The notes under the pieces: generated by a model
Databases searched by the model: none
Told to the model about the DNA's origin: nothing
What the model saw: the letters and a program-made list of their open reading frames with translations, nothing else
Source of the DNA: Chiloscyllium plagiosum
Taxonomy: Eukaryota
Assembly: GCF_004010195.1 (NCBI RefSeq)
Contig: NC_057754.1
Coordinates: forward strand, 9,515,516 to 9,579,515
DNA: 64,000 nt
Direction: 5' to 3'
Translations under genes and position numbers: made by a program
Shown: piece after piece, positions 12,098-24,831 of the stretch
Position numbering within the stretch: the stretch's first letter is position 1
Layout: each line of letters begins with the position of its first letter

Positions 12098-13053
12098 TGT
12101 TGTGATCCCAGCTGGGCAAATAAGACAGCATCCTGAAATTGTGATTTGTTTTAGTTTTGACAATGTGGTTTCTCACTGAAACATAAGCATATAACGCTGC
12201 ACATTTTTGCTTTAACAATAAAAGAGAAGTTTATTAACAAAAGAGATTAATATAAAAGAACAGTCCAAACCATTTACTTATAATACAAATTCAAAGGATT
12301 TTAAAAACCACATTAAAAATATAATCCCAAAATTTATCTTTTAAAGTGAAAAGAAACAAAACAGCTTTTGTATAATTCCCAACGCACCATTCATTGAAAC
12401 AGAGAAACTTGTGGAAGGAATAGGTCATTCAGCCCTTTGAGATTGCTCGGCCGTTCAGAATCGAACCAGGGACTCTGGTGCTGTGAGGCAGCAGTGCTAA
12501 CTACTGGTGCTGCCCCTGTACTGTACTGAATGAAACACAAACAAAAAAATAACCAACTTAATCTATCTGAAAACCCATTCGACTCTATTGCAACTTATTG
12601 ATGTTGTTTCAAGTTGTTGCAACATCCCATAACACCCCCTTGGCAAAAAGATGAATTCAAACGCGGGTTCTTACAGGAGAGAGATTGCAGAGAGGGAGTG
12701 AGGATCAGCTGTTTCTTTGGGTCCAGCAGCTTCTCCCTCCGCCCCCAGCAGAAACTAAACTAAACCAAAAAAGAAACCATTCTGAACTGGGAGAACTGGC
12801 CACTCCCCTTTCATTGTACAAGTGCTTTAAAAAAATAGACTTAAGCCTTTCCAAGGAGGTATTTCCAGGCGTATCAGAACCTCTGTCTAGATTAGAGTGG
12901 TGCTGGAAAAGCACAGCAGTTCAGGCAGCATCCGAGGAGCAGGAAAATCGACGTTTCGGGCAAAAGCCCTTGCATCAGAACCTCTGCCTTTAAAGACCCC
13001 TCTGAAAAAAAATGAGGACAACATAACCTTGTCAAAGGAGCAGCATTGTCACA
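12098..13053 (-). mobile_element. Gmr1/Gypsy-type LTR (solo or composite) with nested SINE fragment and PLE insert
   Basis: TG..CA ends. The right end aggacaacataaccttgtcaaaggagcagcattgtcaca matches LTRs ending at 20712, 40757 and 56531. Confidence 0.65.
12886..12978 (-). mobile_element. Short PLE-derived insertion with degenerate hammerhead and flanking duplication
   Basis: atcagaacctctg duplicated at 12873-12885 and 12974-12986. Minus strand CTGATG(C)AA-GGGC-TTTT-GCCC-GAAAC-GTC. Confidence 0.65.
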
Positions 13054-13379
13054 CATTGAAGAAGCTTTTCCCTATGCGCTTTGGCAATGCAAGGGCTTTG
13101 GATCAAACGCTGGAAATGGGATTAGAACACTTCGGTGATTGTGCTTGACTGGAAAAGGCTCAGTGGGCCCAATGGCTTTTATCTGTCCTGTAGACATCTC
13201 TGACTTAATCTAATCTGGTCCAACAGACCCATTCCTGCCATTTCAGGGGATTAGACTGGTAGTCCCTCATTGCACCCCCTCCATAGTCCGAACATCCTTC
13301 CTCAGATAAGCAGACTGAAACTGCATTACCATACTCTATGCGTGATCTCAGCAAGGCCCTGTGTAGCAGGCCCTGAGGA

Positions 13380-13990
13380 GGTTAATAGTATAAATGTGCC
13401 ATGAAGTTGTAAAACGGCTTTGACAGAAAGACAAGTGTAACACGGTGGCATGCAAAACAAAACTCACAAGTGGGAGGACAGAAAGTAAGTTTGTGAAGTT
13501 GAGGTTGATTGTAGAAATCTGTTAAGTGCCTCCTCAGAAAAGGAGATGGGGTTCCTCAACCTTCACTTTAAGTCCCACTGGAGCATTACAGTTGGTCAAG
13601 GACAGAAATGTCCCACTTGACAATAGGTTGGGGAATTGAAATGGCAGTGCACCGACATAGGCAGAGATGGGTAGAAATCAGAAACTTCAGTATCATGTTG
13701 AAATCCCATCTCGGGATAAGGTTTGACACCGTGGTGAAAAACAGAGAGCTCTCAGCATTAGCAAATCGCGAAAGAGAAGGATGGTATGAATGGAGCAGGA
13801 ATAACCTTTGGAGCAGGGATGAAATCCCACTGGCTCAGTTTTCCAAAGTTTCTGCTCATCCATGACAGCAAAGCTAATGGCAACAAAATAGACCACAATG
13901 GGGGAGTTCCCAGAGCTGGTTCTGAGGTCAAAACTGGCTGTCATCAGCCTAGATGTGGAAATTAATCTGTCCCTTTTTTAACCACGTGAC
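13380..13990 (-). mobile_element. Old L2-like LINE fragment
   Basis: Degenerate RT-like segment (minus strand: ..ctaggctgatgacagccag.. YADD-like) and L2-like composition. Confidence 0.4.
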
Positions 13991-14209
13991 TGATAGGAGG
14001 TTCCTCAACCAGAAATTGGTGAGAAAGTGAAATCATGCAGAGGGAATCTGGAACTCACTGCCTATACGGGTTGGTTGTGTCGAGGGAGCCATTGGAGAAT
14101 CATGGATAGATTGCTGAGGGAGGTCACACAGTCTGTGTGTGGGCCAGTGTTTGTGATAGTGTGTGTGAGTGAGAGGCTCAATGCGAGTGGGTGAGTGTGT
14201 GTGGGTCAC

Positions 14210-17200
14210 TATTATGGATCAGAACCCCTCAAAATATATTAAGCTTTGAAGCAACATGCACTTTATTCACACACTCTGGTTAAAATACAACAAAAGAAAA
14301 GAATTGCCTTCGCTGTAACTCTATATTGAAATGCTTAACGAATTAATAGATTGGTTATCTACTACACAGTAACTCTTCTGAATTCGCAACACCCCACAAA
14401 CACACCCTTCGCAAAAGGGAAATTCAGAAAACAGATGGTCTCACATGCAACTGCAGCAGCAGAAAGAGAACACCCAGTTTTTGGTGAGAACTAAGAGAGG
14501 GAAAAATAGCTTCCCCTTCTTCCAGACCTCAGCAGCAACTGCGACTGAAAAACTAAGAAACTCAAAATCCTGGTTCTGTGAGAGATTACCTACACCTATT
14601 CAGGTTGTTTCTACTGCTACAACTTTGGGAAAAAAATACCCAAGGCTTCTCAAACTGTTTGCTTTAGTGGATCTGTGGAGACTGCTCTACACCTCTACCT
14701 TGAAACCTCTCTTTAAAATAAATGACAAAGTAATGTCTAAAAGCCATCATGTCATCAGACCTCCCCTCTTTAAAGAAATGAACCATCAATATACAAAGAT
14801 GATTTCATTTCTAAAAGCCTTCCATTTAATGCTATTAGTACACTGCATAAAATATAGGTTACAGTGACCATAAGCATGCAAACACTCATTACTGTATCTA
14901 TTTCAGTCCATTTTGTCCTATGACAGAATGCCTCCATCTTTCTTAACACAGTCGGGAAAACGTGTCGGCAATTAGGTTTTCTGATCTGTTCTGGATATAG
15001 TTTTCAAAGTGAATGGCTGCAATAATAAGCTCCCTCTAAACAGCCTGGAAGTTTTGTCCTTAACCCCTTAATGCTTTCGGAAGACTTTATGATCAGTATA
15101 TACAATTGTCCGAGACACATTACTGGCAGTGTAACTGTCGAAATGTCGTAATGCCAACCCTAAACTCAAGGTGTCCTTCTCAATTGTGGAATATTTCTGT
15201 TGATGATTATTCAGTTTTCTGGACAAATACCCACTAGGTCTTTCCATCTTCTCATTGTTTTCTTGCAAGAGCACGGCACCGACACCCACATCACTTGCAT
15301 CGAATTATGGTTTTGCATAATTAGGCTAACACTGGAGCAGTAGTTAACATAACTTTCAGGCTGTCGAGTGCCTTCTTACAGCCCTGCATCCACTGAAATT
15401 TCAGACATGTTTTCAATAAGTCAGTCAATGAAGCAACCACACTGCTAAAGTTTGGTGCAAACCCTTGATGAAAACCACTCAGTCCCAGGAATCATAGTAC
15501 CTCCCTCTTCATTGATAGTGTGGACAACTTCCCAATAACTTTTCTCTTCACAACCTGTAGGGGGCACATGTCCATGTCCAATGACATGGCCCAGGAACGT
15601 GAGTTGGACTTTTGTGAAGTTACTCTCAGCCCAATGTATTGCCAAACCCGCTTCCTGAAGTTGATCAGAGTTCCGAAAGATGCTCCAAATCTTTCTTCCA
15701 TGTGTGACCAAAAATCACCAGGTCATTGACATATACCACACAATTGGGTAATCCTGAGATGACTTTATTGGTTAGTCTTTGAAATGTGGCAAGGACATAT
15801 GTCATACAAAGTTGTACAACTTTTAATTGGTACAGTCCATTCAATGTCATGAAATCCAAAATTTTCATTGTTCTTTTTAAAGGTACCTCCTCTGAGTTGG
15901 TTCGACTTAGAAATATAAGTTGCTTGTCCAACCTTCTCAGTACAGTCCTCCAAACTGGTATTTGAATCGGATTTTCTAACTGCAGTGACTTTGCGATAGT
16001 CCACGCATAATTGTTAGTTGTCATCTGGTTTTGACACGATTATTATAGGTGAGCTCCATTCACTGCAACTCATTTCATTATGTTGTCTTTGAGCATGCAT
16101 TTAATCTGTGCCACTTTAGAGAGTTAAGTCCAGAAAGGTGTTGCTTCACTGAAACAGCATTTCTTGCATCTATATCATGGGCAATTAGACTAGTACTTCT
16201 TAGCTTATTGCCACATATCTTCCTAAGTGATTGGAATACCTCTTTCAGGTCATCTTGATTTTTCTCTGAAAGGAAACTCCATCATCTATTCCAATTTCTG
16301 GGAACATTCTTCATTGTCCAACTTAATTTGAGGAATGTCTAATTCTGAATCATCTGATCTTGGTACATCACTCTGTGTTCAGTAAGACATTCTCCTTATG
16401 TTTTCCTTCCATAACAAAATGTTCACATGGCACATTCTGTGAGATTTCTTTCCATCTAATTCATCTCACTCAATTTCCTTTCAATTTGATAACGCCCACT
16501 AAACCTTGCTTGGAAATGTTCACTTACCACTGGAAGTAAGACTAACACCTTATCTCAGCTAGCACAATGCAAATTTTTGATTTCTTGACTGCTTCCTGTT
16601 TCATCACATGCTGTACTATTTTCAAATGCTGTCTAGCCAACTCACCCACTCTATTTAATTTTTCTCTAAAATTTGACACAGAGTCCAAACATCTGAATTT
16701 GGACTTAGTAATTTCTCCTTAATCAATTTTACTGCTCCTCTCATTTCCTGCTCAAAAAGTAATTCAAACAGACTGAATTTGGTTGACTCATTTGGTGCAT
16801 CTCTGATCACAAACAGTACAAACAGAATTCCCTTATTCCAGTCATCGGGATAGTCTTGACATGGTCTTTAATGTCTGATGTCACCTTTCCAGTGCTCCCT
16901 GCGACTCTGTTTGGTACACAGTAGATTTGAATTGTTTTATTCCTAAGATGTCCATAACTTCTTTAAATAATTTTGATGTGAAGTTTGACCCTTGCTCTGA
17001 TTATATCTCCGTCAGTAGTCCGTATGTAGTGAAAAATTTGAGCAATTCCTCTATAATCCTTTTAGCTATGATATTGCATAAAGGAATGGTCTCTGGAAAT
17101 CTAGTGGACACATCCATTATTGTTAACAAATACTGATTCCCACTTTTTGTTGTAGATATGGGTCCTATGCAATGAATTAAGGCTCTTGTGAAAGGTTACT

Positions 17201-20200
17201 AAAATGCAGGATTAGGTATTAAAGCTTTGGTATTTATTACTGCCTATGGTTTTCCAATTACCTGACAGATATGACATGTCTGGCAAAATTCAACTGCATT
17301 TTTGTGCAGTCCAGGCCAGTAAAAGTGCTTTTATATTTTAATTTGAGTTTTTCTCACCCCTAAATGACCTCCTGCTGGTAGTTCCTGCACCACCCACAAA
17401 ACCTGTGTTTGAAAACCCACTGGCAGTATGACTTGAAGAATATCTGCCTATTTCTCATCTGCCTGAAAATGTGATGATCTCCATTTCCTCATCAAGACAT
17501 CTAAGATAGTAGCATTCAGGGATAGATTCAGATTCGTTTTCCGTGTATGCCTTCTGATACAATCACAATAAAATTTCATCTTCCTGCCGTAACTCAGTTA
17601 ATTTCTCTGAGCTAAAGCTGTCTGCTCCTGGTTTGTGTCAACCTTCGAATCAAACAGGGTCTCTGCTAATTCCACTTCAACTTTCTTCTTTGTACTCTCC
17701 TGTTTCAACTGGTGACTTTGTGACCTCATTACCAATCAGTTGGGAAACATCCCAGGATATGTGTCCTGCGGTAGTTCAGTTGCCTGAGTTTCCACTGGTC
17801 TTTCAACCACAGCAGGCAGCACTCCTAACTGTGAACCAGCTATATTATACGCAAGGACAAATGATATTCCTGGAGCTGAGAGTTGGTCCAGGATTCCTAC
17901 CATGACTGTCCACTCTTCACTGGACACTCTAACCCCACTTTACATAATTGAGAGCTTCTTGTCTCACCGTGAATTCCTGTTACTAGTACATTTTCTGGCA
18001 ATAGTCCTTCAGAGGGACATATCTCCTCATCTTTCAACATCAAAGATTGAGACGATCCTGTATCTCTTAATATTGTCACCTCTTTGCCTGTTGTTCCTGG
18101 CCTATGTGAATGAACTTTACCTTCGCAGGTATATGGTTGAAGATGATCCTTACCCAACCTCCAACCAGTTTGTACACTCTGGTGCAGCTTTCTAACCTCC
18201 ACTGTGCTTTCCGTTACCATTACAACAAAATTCCCTGTCTTATCCTGTCATCCTACATCTGGCTTCCCAGTGCTTTTCCCTAACCCACCAACACTGTGAT
18301 TTCATGTGGCCTACTTCATTGCAGTGAAAACACTGGAAATTTATAATTTCTCTGTCCCCTTCATGAGTTTCCTTTTGACCCTGTGGTAAGTTATTCTGAT
18401 GATCTTCACTGAGATCTACCTTTCCCTTTCCACGTGAGGATTTCTCTTTTCCCCAATTTCTACCCCTCGTGGATTGAAATTGATTTTGGAACCCAAACTT
18501 TGATTTATGGACCGACTCATAATCATCAGCCATTTCAGCTGCTAACCTTGCTGTTTTGACCCTCTGCTCTTCCTCATGAGTTCTCACTACGTCAGGAAGT
18601 GAAGTTTTGAACTCCTCCAAAATAATCATCTCTCTAAGAGTATCATAGTTTTGCTCAATGTTTAATGCCCTGTCATCGATTAAAATTACTTTGTCTGATC
18701 CTTTCAAACTCAATGTAGGTTTGACCAGGGTCCCTCCTTCCATTCCTGAAACACTGTCTATAGGCTTGTGGCCCAGGCTCATATGCACATAAGATGGCTG
18801 TCATCACCACCTCATACAGCCCAGATACCTCCTCTGATAGGGATGCGAATACCTCACTCGGTCTTTTGTTTGGATAAACAAAACCCACATGGTCACTGGC
18901 CATCACATTTGTTTAGCCATCTTTTCAAATGAGATGGAAAAAGCTTTCACATCCTTATCATCAGATTTAGACAAAGCTTGAATATATTTAAACAGTTTCT
19001 CACCAGGTTTTTGGCTACCATGGGTTTGCTCATCCTCACTGAGCTTACCTTCAGCTTTCATCTCCATCTTTTTAAGCTGACTTTCCTGTCTCAGTCCCAA
19101 TTTCCAAAGTTCAAACTCCCTCCCTTTCTTCCTTTAGTTTCTCTCCTTTTCTCTCATCTCTTGCTCTCTCTTTCTCTGTCTCTTTCTCTTTTTTCTCTCT
19201 CTTGCTCTCTCTTTTTTTTCTCTTTGTTCTGTTCAAGTGATTCATTCTTCTCTTTCCTCTGCTTTTAATCGGAATTCAAACAGTTTCATTCCTTTTGCCC
19301 TTTCCTTGTTTTTTGCCTCCAACTTCGGGGCAGCACGGTGGCTCAGTAGTTAGCACTGCAGCCTCACAGCGCCTGGAACCTGGGTTTGAATCCATCCTCA
19401 GGCGACTCTCTGTGTGGAGTTTGTACATTCTCCCCGTGTCTGCGTGGGTTTCCTCCAGGTGCTCCGGTTTCCTCCCACAATCCAAAGATGTACAGGTAGG
19501 GTGAATTGGCCATGCTCAATTACCCGGTAGCATTCAGGGATGTGTGGGTTTGGCGCAGTCGTCAGGGGTTACTGTAAAGTAAGACGGTTCGTGAATGGGT
19601 CTGGCTGGGTTACTTTTCAGAGGGTCGGTGCGGACTTGTTGGGCCGAAGGGCCTATTTCCACACTGTAAGAATTCTAATGCTAACTCACGCTGCTTCATT
19701 TTCAATTGAACCTTCGCCATCTCTAAAGATTCGGATGGTGTTTCCAGCAAATCTAAATACTGAGCTATTAATGTAATTATCTCTCTTTTCCTCACGGAAG
19801 GAAGCAGCTCCAGCTCCAGCTCCAGCTTGTCTGTTAATTCCAACAGCTTGGCCTTAATCACCTTTTTGTCAAACAGCCAAAGTCACTTTGCCAGCCCCAG
19901 AAAACTCTTGGTTGACTGAAAGAGCCATTGTTGTCCCAAACACTTAAACCAACTGAAATTAACACCAAGAACAGAAGACACGAATACCTGCCACTCGCAG
20001 CCTTTGAGTCCAACAACCCCAATCCCAATTTGGAACTATAGAACAAATCCCGGCCAATCCCCTAATCTGTTATGGACCACACCACACCAGACCCCCTCAA
20101 AACATTCCAAGAAAATTGTCCGGACTCTTAACTTTGTTTGTTGTTTTAAGCAGGTGTAAAGTAGATATTGCAGGAGTGATGCAGCCCAACCATTTAGTTT

Positions 20201-20712
20201 CAAAGAAAACAGAATTTGTTTGCAAGCTTACCGAATGAAAGACAGACAAAGGAGAACAGAATACTGAATAACGTAACTTCTCTGAAAACCCAACAGGATT
20301 ATCCCAACTTAATGTTCCAAATACTTGCAACATAAACACCGCATGGCACAAAGGTAAAATCAAACACAGGCTCTTCCAGGAGAGATGTCAGAGGCAAAGA
20401 TGGCAGGAAGTTTCAGCATGGAACACCTTCTCCCACATAGCTCTTTTTTTTTACAGCAGCCTCAAAGCCTACTAACTGTTTTCAGTGAACAGCCAGATTG
20501 CTAAAACCCAACCAAAAATAACCAAACCAAACCGAAAAAAGGTGGGCTGAGAGAACTGGTCACTGCCGTTTCATTGTACAAGTGTTTTTCTTTCGACTTG
20601 AAAGCATCCTCAAGTCGTCAAAGCCAGACATTTTGGAATCGCTGCTTTTCCGACCTCCTGAAAAGAAAAGCCAAGGACAGCATAACCTTGTTAAAGAAGC
20701 AGCATTGTCTCA
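14210..20712 (-). mobile_element. Near full-length degenerate Gmr1-like Ty3/Gypsy LTR retrotransposon (gag-PR-IN-RT-RH)
   Basis: 5' LTR 20068-20712. PBS 20047-20064 (TAGGGGATTGGCCGGGAT, 14/18 to the tRNA-Pro PBS). SCAN-like gag plus CFHCNEVGHMKSQC knuckle (~18240-19860), PR ILRDTGSSQSL (~17900-18220), IN (~16400-17600), RT (~15445-16100), RH (~14950-15300), PPT ~14760-14772, 3' LTR 14210-14757. Confidence 0.88.
19327..19680 (+). mobile_element. HE1-type V-SINE inserted in Gmr1 gag
   Basis: Full head, V-domain and tail. Confidence 0.9.
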
Positions 20713-21683
20713 CATTCCCCCACCCCCCCACAAACGTGACAAGAATGCATTCACTTCCATTATCGAAGTCATTCATATATATTTGGAATAATTTTGACCC
20801 CAGCACAGACCATATTGCACTCCATGACTTGCATGTTGCGATCCTGAAGCAGCTTCTTTATCCTAATTGCTTGACTTCTGTTAGTTAGGCAACCCTCTTC
20901 CATGATAACAAACCGATCGGACACAATGTGTCTTGCGGTACCTTTTCAAATGGCTTTTGGAATATATCTAAAGGATGCCCTTTATCTGTCCTGCTTTTTC
21001 CTCAAAGAAATTTAATACATTTGTCAAACACGGTTTTCCTTCCTTGAATCAATGCCGACTCTGCTTGATTATGGGATGTAATTTTATGTGCTCTGCTATT
21101 ATAATATTATATATATTATTACAGTGAGCAGCCCCTTATGTAACTAGGTATTAAGGAAAAACTATGAAGAAGAATCAACTCTGGTCTTAAATTGGTCCTT
21201 TTTAACATGTAATCCTAAGGGAACTAATCTAACTTGAAATAACAAAGCAGTCAGGATCTGTCCTGAAACTCATAGTCAGGTCCTCACTGCTTTGCTTCAT
21301 TGAGATTTTGTTTTAACTGACATGTGATTGAAGATTTTGAGACAACTGCATACAAATAAAGTTAAAACACAGACCACTATTCACTCCTTCGTGTGAAACA
21401 TTCATCTTCAATGTGCTTGGTTTTCCAATGCAATCTGAATTGTCCAGTCTTTTAAGTTTTCCAATTCAATATCCGAAGGGAGTATAGTCATTGACAGCAG
21501 GTGCTTAACTCAATGTCATAATGTGGTTGTATTTTTCCAATCCCTATGGAACGATGTTGTAACCCCAATGTACTCGCAGAGAGCTGACACGGTATAAATT
21601 AATGGGATTGGCAATGGGTCTCCTTGGAGTTTAATGCGAATTGTTGCTGGCAGCACAAAGGATAGGATCATTTCACTCAGAAA

Positions 21684-21750
21684 ATGCGTGAGGCATTTTA
21701 TAGTGTTGCTAAGATATATTACCTGATCATTGCCATCGTTGGTGCTCCTG
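21684..21750 (+). CDS. GPR139-like GPCR gene 1, coding exon 1 (MREAFYSVAKIYYLIIAIVGAP)
   Basis: ATG 21684, phase-1 donor G|GTAAGT at 21751, start of TM1, TATAAA at 21593. Homologous to exon 1 of the other two GPCR loci. Confidence 0.82.
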
Positions 21751-21889
21751 GTAAGTGACAGTAGTTGTGCAAAGCTGAGTTTTTGAGCTGGTCATTGTAT
21801 GTATTTTGTCACTAATGTTACATGCTGCTCTACTGGTCGTATTACTGTGGTAAAAAAAATTAGTGAATAATTTTGTCAAGGCAAACGAT

Positions 21890-23340
21890 TTGAATGATCT
21901 CTCCAGTTATTTTGTTGGGCATGGCGAGCACAGCATTTATTGCCAATTGCCTTTGACAGCATAACCCTATCCCTTACCTTATCCCTACCCCGACTGCAGG
22001 TTATGGTGTTTCCATGTGTCTGTTGCCTGTCTCCTTCCAAAATTGGGATGTGTTGTTGAAGGAGTCTTATAGAGCTGGTGTGGTGCAGCTCATAGATGGT
22101 ACACATTGCTGCCACTGTGCGACACTGGTGAAGGAAGTTAATAGTTCGGGATGGAGTGCTAGATGACTGGGACCTTGTGTCCTGGATGGAGTTGAGATTC
22201 TTAAGTGTTGTTGGAGCTGTACCTGCCCAGGACAAGTGGAGAATATTCTATCAGACTTGTGCCCTTTAAATGCTGCACTCACTTCAATGGGTTATCAGGT
22301 GTTGTTCACCACAGAAGTCCCAGCCTATAACCTGCTCTTGTAGCTTCAATATTTATATGGCTACCCTAGTTCCACCTCTGATCAATAGTAACCCACATTA
22401 CGTAAATATGGGGGATTTAACAGTGGCAAAGGCATTGAATATCTAGGAGCGATAATTTGACTCTCTTCTGTTATTGATGGTCACACTTTGAGAACTGATG
22501 ATGTAAATGCTTCATTTGTTTTTCCCACAGCAAGGTTTGAGAATCTGTTGGCCCTGTTTGCTGAATATCTTTAGCCCTCTAAGACAGAGTCACGGTTCTG
22601 TGTAACTGATTATGTTTTGACGGGTCAGCTATCACCGCTGATCAGTCCTTATATTTTTCACTCTATCAACACTTTGTTGTGTGAGGCCTGTTCCAGACAG
22701 GAGAGGTGCCTGTAACTGTGGCCATACATGTTGGGATTGCATCATACAGAGGACAGAACGCACATTCCTAAAATTGTACTGACGACCTTATTAGTCCACC
22801 TTTTTCAATTCTGATCTGATCCAGCTGAAAATAATTATACTCCCTCAAGCATATAAATCTGCGACTCTTTTAAATAAAAGGTCTTTCTTAAAAATTCATT
22901 CGTAGGATGTGGTATATCACCAGCTATTCCTGCACTCATTGCCAGTTCCCGGTTGAACCTTGTGAAGGTGCTGATGAACTGCTGTAGTCCACATGGTGTA
23001 GGTGGATGCATAATGCCCCTTGGGAGGGAATTCCAAAATTTTAACTCAGCGTCACTGAACGAAAGGTGATATATTTCCAAGTCAGGGTGTTGAGTGGCGT
23101 GGAGGGGTTCTTGCAGGTGGCAGTCTTCCCATGTATCTGCTCCTTTTGTTCTGCTAAATGGAAGAGGCCGTGGGTTTGGAAGGTACTGACGCAGGACGTT
23201 TGGCGAATTTCTGTGGTGCATCTTGTCAACGATATGCATTGCTGCAGCTGAGCATCAGTGGTGGAGAGAATGGATGCTTGTGGATGTGGCACCAACTTAA
23301 GCCGGGGCTGCTCTGCCCTCACTGCATTCAAGCTTCTACT
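21890..23340 (-). mobile_element. Two 3' fragments of the CR1/L2-superclade LINE family seen at 4290 (~21890-22450 and ~22890-23340), in the GPCR1 intron
   Basis: Mutually similar ORF remnants (APTTLKNLNSIQD..LHQCRTVAAMCTIY; KMHHRNSP..LRQYLPNP..WNSLP). Confidence 0.65.
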
Positions 23341-23935
23341 GTCACAATTATCCCCTCTCCGAGAGCTATCACCTAATTTTCAATTAACCCAATTGTCTTC
23401 AACAATCATCTCTTTTAAAGCTGAATTATTCCATTAACAGCATTACAAACATTCATTTTTGGTCCTCTCTCCCCAATACCCAACATTTCTCGAGCCCTCC
23501 CATTCTTTTAATATGCTCAATATCCAACATCTTCCAGGTTTGACCAAAGGATATTGGCCTGAAATGGTAACACCGTTTCTGCCTCCTTACATGTTGATTT
23601 TCCAACTAATTATTCTCAAACCTTTCCTGTGTTAATCAGATTTACATACTCATGTGTATAATACATGAAGACAAAAACTGGCTGGCTATAGAAATACCCA
23701 TAAAAACAGGTCAGTACAGACATTTTCATTCATTGTCTACATATCAGCTGTTCTGATTTGATTCACTCTGGAAACTAGAATGTCAGAAGTGCATTAGAGT
23801 TGGAACTGAGATTTTTGTGATTGCGATTGTTCCTTTCTAACCAGAACCTAACCAGTCCTAAAATCCTTCTTTTGATCCCTGTGCCTGATTTTGTTGTCAA
23901 TATTTTAAGTACCTTTTGCTTTTTCTCTCTTATAG

Positions 23936-24831
23936 TTAACTTAGTGGCGATTGTGATCTTTTCCCGAAGAAGGTGTGGCCTCTCTATCTGCAGCACTCGC
24001 TACCTGATAGCCATGGCAATGGCTGATCTGCTGGTGATTATCACTGAAATCATAATGAGGCGGCTCAATTCTTATTATTTCCTATTTTGTTTCCTGAATA
24101 TCGTCCCTGTGTGCAGTATCATTGCTGTCCTGATTCGTGCGGCTGTAAACTGCTCTGTCTGGTTCACTGTGACTTTCTCATTTGATAGGTTTGTGGCCAT
24201 TTGCTGCCAGAAACTAATGACAAAATATTGTACTGCAAAAAATGCGATTGTGGTTCTTGCAACAACCTGCGCCCTGCTCTGTTTAAAAAATGTTCCCTTT
24301 TACTTTGTATTTGAACCCGGGCTGAGAATCGACCGTGTTTCCTGGGACTGCTATATTAAACCAAGCTACTTCACTGAACCTGGATGGGTTAGATTTCACT
24401 GGTTTGATATGATTTTAACCCCAGCGCTACCATTTGCTTTAATTCTGCTGCTCAATGCTCTGACAGTAAGGCACATTTTACAGGCAAGTCAACTCCGCAA
24501 AGGACTGAGGGGTCATAGAAGCCCAGGGGATCACCGTGACCCAGAGGTGGAGAGCAGAAGGAAATCTGTGGTATTACTCTTCACCGTTTCTGGTAACTTC
24601 ATCATCCTTTGGTTGGTTATTGTTATCGATTTTTTTTATGATGAATTTACAGGAAAAGAGCCTCTTGATTACACCAATTCAGAATATATATTCCACGAAG
24701 TGGGAATCATGCTCCTGAATTTGAGTTGCTGCACTAACACATTCATTTATGGAGTGACTCAGTCCAAGTTTCGAGAACAGCTCAGGAGCATGGTGACATA
24801 TCCACTTACAGCAATCGCTCGTTGTATTTAA
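23936..24831 (+). CDS. GPR139-like class A GPCR gene 1, exon 2 (spliced product ~320 aa)
   Basis: Polypyrimidine tract plus tatag| acceptor in phase with exon 1 (G+TT AAC = V-N). TM2 AMADL, TM3 FSFDRFVAIC, TM7 SCCTNTFIY, helix 8 KFREQL. No stops. Confidence 0.9.

Noticed and set aside
23540..23600. Possible additional hammerhead remnants (also ~55265-55300)
   Set aside because: Core nucleotides too degenerate to support.
23821..23935. N-terminal 38 aa of the 336-aa GPCR ORF in the track
   Set aside because: Starts at TTG and covers the polypyrimidine tract and acceptor; the true N-terminus is exon 1 at 21684.
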